A DNA stretch of 64,000 nt from Candidatus Parcubacteria bacterium (GCA_039799225.1 JBDLTF010000001.1:42488-106487), one strand, 5' to 3'. Shown: positions 1 to 8,272, counted from the first letter of the stretch. Notes: generated from the letters alone by a model not told the origin. Numbers and translations are program-made.

Positions 1-253
1 GAGCGATCTCCTGCTCAGATAAACCATTAATAAAGGTTATCTTCTGTTCATCGATGACATACGTACCATTCAGAGGATCTGAAAAGGTTCCTTCATTCCC
101 TGCAATCACCGGTGCTTTCGCTTCATTCAAGAAAGTCTTTACTTCACGATACTGCACATTGATGTAGTACATGAGTACTGGCAAAATAATCAAGAAGAAG
201 ATAGCCGCCGCAAGCTTCGAATACCAAGTTACTTCATTAAATTTTATGGTCAT
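1..253 (-). CDS. Hypothetical membrane-anchored protein, truncated by the window edge
   Basis: ATG at 253 (minus) opens MTIKFNEVTWYSKLAAAIFFLIILPVLMYY..., one TM helix, open to position 1; not in the ORF track. Confidence 0.7.
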   Translation of the reverse strand, partial: MTIKFNEVTWYSKLAAAIFFLIILPVLMYYINVQYREVKTFLNEAKAPVIAGNEGTFSDPLNGTYVIDEQKITFINGLSEQEIA

Positions 254-266
254 AGATTTTATATAT

Positions 267-432
267 TAGGATGGGAGATCGCCCGCGACTCTCACTCGGC
301 TACCCGCCTCGTTCGGTCTGGGCACCGCCTCGCGGTTGCTCGTTGCTACTCGCAACATCGCTCCGGCGTTCGATTCTCCTCTCGCATGACACTCAAGTGT
401 CATGCTTACCTCAGTTAGTATACTAGATTTTG
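267..432 (-). repeat. tRNA-Gly-linked structured element, copy 1
   Basis: 273-390 identical to 1971-2088; ends in a partial duplicate of the tRNA-Gly(TCC) 3' end (TCTCCCATCC). Confidence 0.9.
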
Positions 433-503
433 TGCGGGATGGGAGAATCGAACTCCCGACCACAGTTTGGAAAACTGTTATTATACCATTTAACTAATCC
501 CGC
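433..503 (-). tRNA. tRNA-Gly(TCC)
   Basis: Cloverleaf GCGGGAT...ATCCCGC-A; anticodon arm ACAGT-TTTCCAA-ACTGT; T-loop TTCGATT. Confidence 0.95.
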
Positions 504-558
504 TTGGTTCCGCCATAGTAGCAGATTAACGGGAATTTGGAAATATTTTCACTAAGTG

Positions 559-1014
559 CTATTTCCCTGTATCCTCGTGGTGATGTATCGCGTGTTCCTT
601 CTCAACAACCTCCTTGATGATATCAACTTCTTTTTTCATCTCCCGTATAGCGTCTCTGATCTGTCCTATCTCCTTTTCTTCCTCCTCGATCTCCTTCCCT
701 GTCTTATCAGCAGCTTTCTTCTGATGCTTGAGACCACTCATGAGTATTGTATCTCCAATGAAATAAGATACGAAGAGGCCTGTTGCAAGAAGAATTGCCA
801 CCATCAAGATTAGATTGACTGGCTCATAGAATATAAAACCGAGTACTCCCCCTTTTTTCTGGAGCAAATCTGCTGTGTGCCAAACGCCGCGCCAGAAGAG
901 TACTATCGATGTGGCGCCGATGATTGTATAGATGATTGGATAACGGCTCAAATGGCCACGGACCTTATCCTCGAACCTATCAAAAAATAAAATCACTTTG
1001 CGTATCATGGCCAT
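559..1014 (-). CDS. Hypothetical membrane protein (2 TM plus C-terminal coiled coil)
   Basis: 151-aa ORF, IVLFWRGVWHTAD hydrophobic segment, charged helical tail. Confidence 0.75.
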   Translation of the reverse strand: MAMIRKVILFFDRFEDKVRGHLSRYPIIYTIIGATSIVLFWRGVWHTADLLQKKGGVLGFIFYEPVNLILMVAILLATGLFVSYFIGDTILMSGLKHQKKAADKTGKEIEEEEKEIGQIRDAIREMKKEVDIIKEVVEKEHAIHHHEDTGK

Positions 1015-1101
1015 GATTATATCATGTCGACATGCATCTCTCGAACAAGACAGCGTGCGAACTCGTAGAATTTTCGTCTTTATGCTAGGATGTTCTCACA
1101 A

Positions 1102-1174
1102 CGGAGCGTGGTGTAACGGCTAACATACCTGTTTTGGGAACAGGTGACTCCGGGTTCGAGTCCCGGCGCTCCGA
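1102..1174 (+). tRNA. tRNA-Pro(TGG)
   Basis: CGGAGCG...CGCTCCG-A; anticodon arm CCTGT-TTTGGGA-ACAGG; GGTTCGAGTCC. Confidence 0.95.
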
Positions 1175-1228
1175 CACGAAGTGACGACGCAAAAACCTCC
1201 ATTTATGGAGGTTTTTAGGGACTCGAAC

Positions 1229-1606
1229 CTACAATACAACGTTTTTAAGCCATTTCACGCGAGCTCGCCGTACCGAGATGTCCATGTATACGCATAGGAC
1301 GTGAAACTGGAATTCAGAACCTAGTCCCCTATTCGTATCCTCAAGATAACATTCAATTGTACGTCTAAGCCGTTTCAGCTTGAGCGCATGAACATTATCC
1401 TCAGGACGATGACCGTCAACCGAGTATTCATTTCGGACAACAATGCTCTTTACCTCAAAAAAGTGTGTAATCCCTTCCTTGGTAGCTACAATATCCAATT
1501 CACCCCATTTCTTGAGATAGTTCCGGGTGACGATCGAAAACCCCTGTTTCCGGAGAAATACACAGGCTATATCCTCCCCTTTGTCTCCTTTTGTCCTTGT
1601 ATCCAT
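1229..1606 (-). CDS. yraN: YraN (UPF0102) family nuclease
   Basis: G..GED.A..FL...G..I..RN....GELDIVA......FFEVK motif. Confidence 0.9.
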   Translation of the reverse strand: MDTRTKGDKGEDIACVFLRKQGFSIVTRNYLKKWGELDIVATKEGITHFFEVKSIVVRNEYSVDGHRPEDNVHALKLKRLRRTIECYLEDTNRGLGSEFQFHVLCVYMDISVRRARVKWLKNVVL

Positions 1607-1636
1607 GTTTTTGCTATTATATGGCTATAAATATAG

Positions 1637-1652
1637 TGTTTCACGTGAAAGT
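1637..1652. promoter_or_regulatory. parS-like site
   Basis: TGTTTCACGTGAAAGT, 14/16 match to TGTTTCACGTGAAACA. Confidence 0.7.
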
Positions 1653-1959
1653 TTCAACATATTTGTCCTGACTTTTAAAATCGAGGGTATTAAAAATGGC
1701 TCTAAATATAGGTTTTACGACAAAATACCGCATCTGTGGACAAAAAATGGGTCAAAACCACGATAATAAGCCATTATTTGTGTCTTTTATACCCACTACC
1801 CACAGAGTTATCCCCAGTTTGTCTCTATAATTGACGATGTTGAGCCATTTTTTAAGGAAATCCCCAAAAAGGACAGTGGACAATCCTTTAAGTACAGAAA
1901 AAGGCGTAAATGATCAATCTTTCTGATTATTCACGCCTTTCCCTTGGTATCTACGGTCT

Positions 1960-2128
1960 TGGTGCGGGTAGGGAGATCGCCCGCGACTCTCACTCGGCTA
2001 CCCGCCTCGTTCGGTCTGGGCACCGCCTCGCGGTTGCTCGTTGCTACTCGCAACATCGCTCCGGCGTTCGATTCTCCTCTCGCATGACGCGTAGGCGTCA
2101 TGCTTACTTACTCGTAATATTGAGCCTG
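1960..2128 (-). repeat. tRNA-Gly-linked structured element, copy 2
   Basis: Same 118-bp core as copy 1; ends in TCTCCCTACCCGCA-CCA, a duplicate of the tRNA-Gly(GCC) 3' end. Confidence 0.9.
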
Positions 2129-2199
2129 TGCGGGTAGGGAGAATCGAACTCCCATCTCGTCCTTGGCAAGGACGCATTTTACCACTAAACTATACCCGC
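2129..2199 (-). tRNA. tRNA-Gly(GCC)
   Basis: GCGGGTA...TACCCGC-A; anticodon arm CGTCC-TTGCCAA-GGACG. Confidence 0.95.
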
Positions 2200-2293
2200 T
2201 TATATCGACGAACATCCACGAGTATATACTATTCTCAAAATATTTCAAAGGGTTTGGGCTTCTGATTTCGGGCAAGCAGTGCTACTATAGCGA

Positions 2294-2309
2294 TGTTACA
2301 CGTGTAACA
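2294..2309. promoter_or_regulatory. parS site
   Basis: Perfect palindrome TGTTACACGTGTAACA. Confidence 0.85.
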
Positions 2310-2324
2310 CACCGATCGAAATTT

Positions 2325-2396
2325 GCCCTCGTGGTGAAATGGATATCACAACTGTCTTCGGAACAGTCGTTGGGGGTTCGAGTCCCTCCGAGGGCA
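2325..2396 (+). tRNA. tRNA-Arg(TCG)
   Basis: GCCCTCG...CGAGGGC-A; anticodon arm ACTGT-CTTCGGA-ACAGT. Confidence 0.93.
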
Positions 2397-2439
2397 CACA
2401 ACATCGTAACGGCTAGAACTATAGCCAAAACTACCTAAT

Positions 2440-3933
2440 ATGGCCTCAAAAATAGCAGGAAACAGCGCTATACCACAGGAAATCACAGCTATTATCGAAA
2501 CTCTCGAAAAAGCTGGTTTTCAGGCATACCTCGTCGGAGGATGCGCACGAGATCTCTTCCTTGGACGTGTTCCAAAGGACTGGGATGTCACAACCAACGC
2601 AAAACCTGAACAAATACAGGCGCTTTTCACGAAAACCGTCTATGAAAACACCTTCGGTACTGTCGCCGTCATAAATGAGGCTACCGAAGATCCTAAGCTC
2701 AGGAATGTTGAAGTAACACCGTATCGTCTCGAGTCAGGGTATTCAGATCGACGCCATCCAGACTCCGTGAAATTCAGCGATAAGATAGAGGATGACCTTC
2801 AGCGCCGTGACTTTACGGTCAACGCGATAGCATTGTCCTTGTCCGATGGGGCTATAAAGGACATAATTGACCTATACGGGGGTTTTGCTGATATAAAGGA
2901 CAAATCCATCAGGACCGTGGGAAAACCTCAGGATCGCTTCAATGAGGACGCTCTACGCATGATGCGTGCGATTCGATTTGCAGTGGAACTAGGTTTCACC
3001 ATAGAAGAGGATACATTCTCGGCTATAAAATCTCTCCATACTACAATTCAGCAGGTATCAACCGAGCGTATTCGCGATGAGTTCGTGAAAATACTCATGT
3101 CACCGAGCCCTAAGAGGGGAATCGAACTCCTTCAGGAGGTTGGTATATTGAAGTACTTTATACCTGAGCTGGAGAAGAGTATTGGTGTTACACAGAATCA
3201 GGCTCACGCTTTCACGGTCTGGGAGCACCTTCTACGTAGTCTCCAGCATGCCGCAGACGAGAACTGGAGTCTGGATATACGAATTTCAGCCCTTTTCCAC
3301 GATATCTCAAAGCCTGAGACGAGGCGTGTTTCACGTGGAACATCTCAACCGACGTTTTACGGCCACGAGGTAGTTGGTTCACGTGAAACACGCAAGATAC
3401 TCGAAAGATTGAAGTTTTCACGTGTAATCATCGAGAAAGCGACGAAAATGGTCCGTTGGCACATGTTTTTCTCAGATACAGGCACAATTACACTCTCAGC
3501 TGTACGCCGTATGATAGTAAACGTAGGGAAAGAGAACATCTGGGACCTTATGAACCTCCGTATCTGTGATCGTATAGGTACTGGTAGGCCGAAAGCTGAT
3601 CCGTATCGTCTGAGGAAGTATAAATCAATGGTTGAAGAGGCTTTGCGTGATCCTATTTCGGTCACCATGCTCAATATTGATGGCAAGAGAATTATGGAGG
3701 TAGGGGACATTCCTGCTGGTCCAAAGATTGGTTTGGTGCTCAATGCGCTCATGGAAGAGGTGCTTGAAGATCCAAAACTTAACACTGCAGAATACCTAGA
3801 GAAAAAGACTCTGGCGCTTTTGGCTTTGCCTGAAAAAACGTTGAAGGAGCTTGCTGAAAAAGGAAAAGAGAAGAAAGGGGAGGCTGAAGAACAGGACCTC
3901 GAAACGATTCGTAAGAGACACCACGTCTCCTAG
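2440..3933 (+). CDS. cca: CCA tRNA nucleotidyltransferase / poly(A) polymerase family with HD domain
   Basis: LVGGCARD, DWDVTT, DLQRRDFTVNA, EDALRMMRAIRF, FHDISKP motifs. Confidence 0.92.
   Translation: MASKIAGNSAIPQEITAIIETLEKAGFQAYLVGGCARDLFLGRVPKDWDVTTNAKPEQIQALFTKTVYENTFGTVAVINEATEDPKLRNVEVTPYRLESGYSDRRHPDSVKFSDKIEDDLQRRDFTVNAIALSLSDGAIKDIIDLYGGFADIKDKSIRTVGKPQDRFNEDALRMMRAIRFAVELGFTIEEDTFSAIKSLHTTIQQVSTERIRDEFVKILMSPSPKRGIELLQEVGILKYFIPELEKSIGVTQNQAHAFTVWEHLLRSLQHAADENWSLDIRISALFHDISKPETRRVSRGTSQPTFYGHEVVGSRETRKILERLKFSRVIIEKATKMVRWHMFFSDTGTITLSAVRRMIVNVGKENIWDLMNLRICDRIGTGRPKADPYRLRKYKSMVEEALRDPISVTMLNIDGKRIMEVGDIPAGPKIGLVLNALMEEVLEDPKLNTAEYLEKKTLALLALPEKTLKELAEKGKEKKGEAEEQDLETIRKRHHVS
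3327..3429. promoter_or_regulatory. Three intragenic parS-like sites
   Basis: TGTTTCACGTGGAACA (3327-3342), TGGTTCACGTGAAACA (3375-3390), degenerate GTTTTCACGTGTAATC (3414-3429). Confidence 0.75.
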
Positions 3934-3981
3934 GTTTTTGTCTTAAAAGGACACGAATTAAAGTTATCCCCAGATATGTCC

Positions 3982-4010
3982 TTTACAGACATTTCTATAA
4001 GACATATACT
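3982..4010 (+). promoter_or_regulatory. Sigma70-type promoter
   Basis: TTTACA-17 nt-TATACT. Confidence 0.65.
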
Positions 4011-4016
4011 TATCCC

Positions 4017-4438
4017 AGATCAGTTTGTTATCCGAGGTGATCGCAGAAAAATAATACGGAAAAAATAATCACGGTTCGCGAGTAAGTTCGGTATTATTTT
4101 TCTGCGATCTAAACAAGCTACTGTTCTTTACACAAAGCATGGGTAGGCTTCCACTATTACGGAAGCGAAGAATATATTTTGATTCGACCTTCAATTGCTG
4201 AAGGGCTTGAATGGCGGTGCATTTTTCCTCAAACACAACTTAGCCTCCTTCGGGAGAGCAACTACACTTTAGGAATCCAATGCACACTGTCACCCCAGGA
4301 ATCGTCTGGTCTTGAATCCAAGGATCACCATTTGATCCCCGAGTCTGTGTGACTCACCAAAGTTCTTTCATTCTTCGCAACCAATCGTAGCCGCATCAAG
4401 CGCTTCCAACTGAACCGCAAGATGCGGCTTTTCTTTTA
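4017..4438 (+). ncRNA. Candidate ~420-nt structured non-coding RNA
   Basis: Upstream promoter, several hairpins, terminator GCCGCATC...GATGCGGC-TTTTCTTTT; only very short ORFs seen. Confidence 0.35.
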
Positions 4439-4440
4439 CC

Positions 4441-4468
4441 AAAAAAGACCGAAAAAACGGTCTTTTTT
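4441..4468. terminator. Bidirectional intrinsic terminator
   Basis: A-run-GACCG-loop-CGGTC-T-run. Confidence 0.7.
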
Positions 4469-4497
4469 ACTATACAGATTGCTGTTGAGCGGTAGAA

Positions 4498-5292
4498 CTA
4501 TCCAATAGTGATTGAAACGGGGCAATGGTCAGAACCCATGACTTCAGGCAAAATCTCAGCCTTTTTGACCTTCTTTTCGAGAATTTTCGACACCAATACG
4601 TAGTCTATTCTCCAACCGACATTGCGTTCACGAGAATGACCGAAGTGGGACCACCAGGTATAGAATCCATTACCTTTGTTGAACAGACGGAAAGTATCAA
4701 CAAAACCGGCATCGACACAATTCTGGAATCCTTCACGCTCTTCATTAGTGAAACCTTTCAAGCCAACATTTTCCTTGGGACGAGCGAGATCATCAGGGGT
4801 ATGAGCTACATTGAGGTCACCACAGAAGATAACAGGCTTCTTCTGCTCCAATTCCTTACAGTAGGCGAGAAATGCAGGGTCCCAGTGCTTGTGGCGGAGG
4901 GGAACGCGGCTCAAATCATCCTTTGCATTGGGTGTATAGACAGTAACAACATAGAAATCCTCGAATTCTGCGGCTATAACACGGCCTTCCGTACGAGGAT
5001 CGCCATATTCATCAGCTTCAAGGCCAAATTTTGTGCATATATGGTCAGGAATATCGTTTATCACCGCGATTGGCTTGGTTTTGGTGAAGATAGCTGTGCC
5101 TGAATAACCCTTTTTGACCGCCGAGTTCCAATATTCCGTGTATTCGGGGAGATCGATGACTGCCTGGCCTTGCTGAGCCTTGGTTTCCTGCAAACAGAAA
5201 ATATCCGGCTTGTGCTCGTTTATAAAAGGGAGGAGGGCGTCCTTCTTGATGACGGCACGAATGCCATTCACATTCCAGGAGATGATTCTCAT
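4498..5292 (-). CDS. xth: Exodeoxyribonuclease III
   Basis: SWNVNGIRA, CLQETK, GDLNVAH, GWRIDY, SDHCP. Confidence 0.96.
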   Translation of the reverse strand: MRIISWNVNGIRAVIKKDALLPFINEHKPDIFCLQETKAQQGQAVIDLPEYTEYWNSAVKKGYSGTAIFTKTKPIAVINDIPDHICTKFGLEADEYGDPRTEGRVIAAEFEDFYVVTVYTPNAKDDLSRVPLRHKHWDPAFLAYCKELEQKKPVIFCGDLNVAHTPDDLARPKENVGLKGFTNEEREGFQNCVDAGFVDTFRLFNKGNGFYTWWSHFGHSRERNVGWRIDYVLVSKILEKKVKKAEILPEVMGSDHCPVSITIG

Positions 5293-5348
5293 GGATGAAA
5301 TATAACATAAAAAGAGTCCTGGGGAGGACTCTTGTGAAAATAGTGAGC

Positions 5349-5918
5349 TTATCTAAAACTATTCAACGCCTCACTTGCAGAAAGTAGCTCTCCCACTCCA
5401 TCTTCCTCAGTGAAATGCCCTTTCGCATGTTCAATAATAATTTTTGGATTCAAAGCTTTTTCGAACGCTTCCTTATTCGCTTCTAACGGCACAGACTTGT
5501 CATTATCAGAGAAAATAGCTACGAACTTATCTGACATCTTGCGTATATTCATAAAATCGATCGGCCTTTCTATCCATGGACGAGCAATGTCTTGTTCTTC
5601 TTGAGTTTCGAGATTGGCGACCTGAAGCCACGGGGCGATCAAGATAAGTCCGCCAAGCTTTGATCCTTTATTCATCTCCAAATACCTGAGGATTGCCTGA
5701 CACCCAATACTGTGACCTATGAAATAGGTATCCTGATCGACATAATATACATTCTCCTCCAAGTGCTTGGTCCACGCGTCGATAGTCGGCACACCGGGGT
5801 TCGGCATATCAAGAACAGTTACCTCAAACCCTGCTTCTGTGCCAACTTTCCCCAGCCAAGAAATAAGAGGTTCTTTTGAACTACCATCCCAACCATGAAC
5901 AATTATAAGTCTTTTCAT
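5349..5918 (-). CDS. Alpha/beta hydrolase, RBBP9/YdeN family
   Basis: IVHGW, GHSIG nucleophile motif, SDND, GHF. Confidence 0.88.
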   Translation of the reverse strand: MKRLIIVHGWDGSSKEPLISWLGKVGTEAGFEVTVLDMPNPGVPTIDAWTKHLEENVYYVDQDTYFIGHSIGCQAILRYLEMNKGSKLGGLILIAPWLQVANLETQEEQDIARPWIERPIDFMNIRKMSDKFVAIFSDNDKSVPLEANKEAFEKALNPKIIIEHAKGHFTEEDGVGELLSASEALNSFR

Positions 5919-5960
5919 GGGCGTATTATATACTTTTAAAATAAAGTCTGCTTCGAACCC

Positions 5961-6926
5961 CTATCTCTTCTTCCCGTGAAACTGTTTGTGTATCCTCTTG
6001 AGCTCACTATCCGTCACGTGAGTATAGACCTGTGTAGTACTTATATCTGCATGGCCGAGAAGCATCTGCACAGAGCGTATGTCAGCACCATTCCCGAGGA
6101 GGTCAGTGGCGAAGCAGTGTCTGATGACGTGCGGCGTAACGCGCTTGGAAATTCCTGCTTTGATAGCGTATTTCTTAACAATACGTTCGATAGAGCGAGT
6201 CGTGAGGGGAGTATCACCTGGATCGAGTTCATCTTTTTTGCCTTTGCCTGACTTTTTTCCATTGGATTTGAGGGTGCGCTCACTGATTTCAACAAAAAGT
6301 GCTTCGCCCATGTCTTGGCGTGCATCGAGATACTTCTTGAGAGCGGCCTTAGCATCAGAGGAGAGGAAGACAGGGCGAACCTTGTCTCCTTTACCGCGAA
6401 TAGGGAATTCATCAGCAGTGAGGTCTATATCGCGGGTGAGGGAACAGAGCTCAGCTACACGAAGGCCCGTAGAGAAGAGGAGTTCGAGAATAGCAGCATC
6501 GCGCAGAGAAGCAGGGGAATCACCGTCAGGAGCATTGAGCAGGCGACGCAATTCATCGGAGGTAATAAGGTCAATCTGACGATGACCTACCTTGGCGAGC
6601 TCGATCATCTCAGGGGAGAGTGACTTCACGCCTCTACGAGCAAGGTATTTCAAGAATACACGCAGAGCAATGAGGTGATAATTCTGAGTGTTCTTCTTGA
6701 GGGTACGGACCTCGGTACGAGTCTTCCAGCCTGGTTGACGATTGAGCCAGAGGCGGAATTCACGCACTTTCTCTGCAGTAATGTCCTCGGGACCCTTAAT
6801 TTTGGCGAAATTCAAGAACTTAGTGATGAAGAAGTCGTAGTTTCGCACTGTTTTCACAGATCGACCCTTCTCGATCTCTATATATTCAAGGAATTGCTGT
6901 TTAAGGTCTCGGATATTATGCGACAT
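5961..6926 (-). CDS. xerC: XerC/XerD-type tyrosine recombinase
   Basis: STGLRVAEL, GKGDK, HVIRHCFAT, LGHADISTTQVY catalytic residues plus N-terminal SAM-like domain. Confidence 0.85.
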   Translation of the reverse strand: MSHNIRDLKQQFLEYIEIEKGRSVKTVRNYDFFITKFLNFAKIKGPEDITAEKVREFRLWLNRQPGWKTRTEVRTLKKNTQNYHLIALRVFLKYLARRGVKSLSPEMIELAKVGHRQIDLITSDELRRLLNAPDGDSPASLRDAAILELLFSTGLRVAELCSLTRDIDLTADEFPIRGKGDKVRPVFLSSDAKAALKKYLDARQDMGEALFVEISERTLKSNGKKSGKGKKDELDPGDTPLTTRSIERIVKKYAIKAGISKRVTPHVIRHCFATDLLGNGADIRSVQMLLGHADISTTQVYTHVTDSELKRIHKQFHGKKR

Positions 6927-6978
6927 GGCTCTAGTATAGCTTATTTATACGCATTTCGATGTGGAGAATAGAGAATGC

Positions 6979-7006
6979 TTGACAAAAAATGTGGGTGTGC
7001 TATACT
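6979..7006 (+). promoter_or_regulatory. Strong sigma70 promoter
   Basis: TTGACA-16 nt-(TGc)TATACT. Confidence 0.75.
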
Positions 7007-7132
7007 TATAGACGGTTAGTTATGTTGCACCTGCCAAGACGCGCCAAATCAGGCTCTAATAAAGCCGGAAAGGATCACATACTCACTCGGAACCTTCTGT
7101 CGTATTGAAGGCTAGTCGATAAACACCATGTT

Positions 7133-7174
7133 ACCGCGCCACCTCTTCTAAGACTGTGGCGCGGTTTTTTATTT
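7133..7174 (+). terminator. Intrinsic terminator
   Basis: ACCGCGCCAC...GTGGCGCGGT followed by a T-tract. Confidence 0.8.
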
Positions 7175-7222
7175 ACCGAAATCCTTGCATTCCGACCCCA
7201 TTCATGCTACTATGTATAGGCA

Positions 7223-7492
7223 ATGTTAACTACACGACAAAAGACCAAGATTATCAAGGACATCGCCGTCCACGATAAGGATACTGGCTCAGCAGAGGTC
7301 CAGGTTGCTCTCTTGAGCAAGAGGATCGCTGAACTCACCGATCACCTCAAGAAGCACAAGAAGGACAACCACTCACGCCGCGGACTCCTCGGTATGGTTG
7401 CTGATCGCCAGACACATCTCGTCTATCTCAAGAAGAACCACCCTCGCCGCTACTCGGCAGTCCTCAAGAAGTTGGATCTCAAGAAGAAATAA
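7223..7492 (+). CDS. rpsO: 30S ribosomal protein S15
   Basis: DTGSAEVQVA, HLKKHKKDNHSRRGLL. Confidence 0.98.
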   Translation: MLTTRQKTKIIKDIAVHDKDTGSAEVQVALLSKRIAELTDHLKKHKKDNHSRRGLLGMVADRQTHLVYLKKNHPRRYSAVLKKLDLKKK

Positions 7493-7617
7493 ACTAGACA
7501 AGGCGCCGCAAGGCGTTTCTTGTTATACTAGTCTCTAGTTACGCATTTTAATATTTAGTTAATCCTGTTTAAGGTTTATTTGTGCACTTTTGCATTTTTA
7601 GCTTTGAACTTTTACAT

Positions 7618-8136
7618 ATGTCAGTTATAAAACACAAAGAACAACGCGTCGGTATATTTATCGATGCACAAAACCTCTATCACAGCGGTCGCAATCTCTA
7701 TCATTCAAAGGTAAATTTCGGCGCTATCGTCAAAGAAGCACTCGATGGGCGCAAGCTTGTCCGTGCGGTCGCCTACGTTATTGCCACCGAATCAGGTGAA
7801 GAAACAAGCTTTTTCGAAGCTCTCGAGAAGATGGGTATTGAAACCAAGGTCAAAGACCTTCAAATCTTCAGCTCAGGCGCCAAAAAGGCGGACTGGGACG
7901 TCGGTATGGCTATCGACGCAGTGAAGCTCTCACCAAAGCTCGATGCAGTTATCCTCGTTACCGGTGACGGCGACTTCTGTCCGCTCGTCGAGTATCTTCA
8001 GATGAATCAGGGTTGCCAAGTCGAGGTTGTCTCGTTCGGCAAGTCTACTTCTGCGAAGCTCATCGAGGTATCAGATCACTTCATGGACCTCGACCAGGGT
8101 TCAGGAAAGTATCTCCTCAGAATGGGGAAGAGGTAG
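7618..8136 (+). CDS. NYN domain protein (LabA/DUF88)
   Basis: IFIDAQNL, KADWDVGMAID, LVTGDGDF; ATG at 7618 preferred. Confidence 0.9.
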   Translation: MSVIKHKEQRVGIFIDAQNLYHSGRNLYHSKVNFGAIVKEALDGRKLVRAVAYVIATESGEETSFFEALEKMGIETKVKDLQIFSSGAKKADWDVGMAIDAVKLSPKLDAVILVTGDGDFCPLVEYLQMNQGCQVEVVSFGKSTSAKLIEVSDHFMDLDQGSGKYLLRMGKR

Positions 8137-8204
8137 TCGTAGCAATCAAAAATCATTTTTGCTACAGTAAAGGTGCTTCGCAGCACCTTTTTACTAATCT
8201 TAAT

Positions 8205-8263
8205 CGCCTCTAGATAGGCAGATTTGAAGAGTGAACCTCATTCAAACCTGAAATCTGGAGGCG
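8205..8263 (+). promoter_or_regulatory. Long imperfect hairpin in the pnp 5' leader
   Basis: CGCCTC-TAGAT...TTTGAA-GAG-loop-CTC-TTCAAA...ATCTG-GAGGCG. Confidence 0.55.
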
Positions 8264-8272
8264 CCCTCATAC

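Noticed and set aside
266-2438. ORFs 266-463, 1910-2137 and 2163-2438
   Set aside because: They run across tRNA genes and the non-coding repeat and show no protein-like features
4017-4438. RNase P RNA, tmRNA or SRP RNA
   Set aside because: Signature motifs (GAGGAAAGTCC, a tRNA-Ala-like end with tag peptide, the SRP helix-8 loop) were not found by eye
5961-6926. Tyrosine recombinase as a prophage or island integrase
   Set aside because: Size and motifs fit housekeeping XerC/D; no phage genes or att-bounded cargo nearby; no evidence linking it to the tRNA-Gly element
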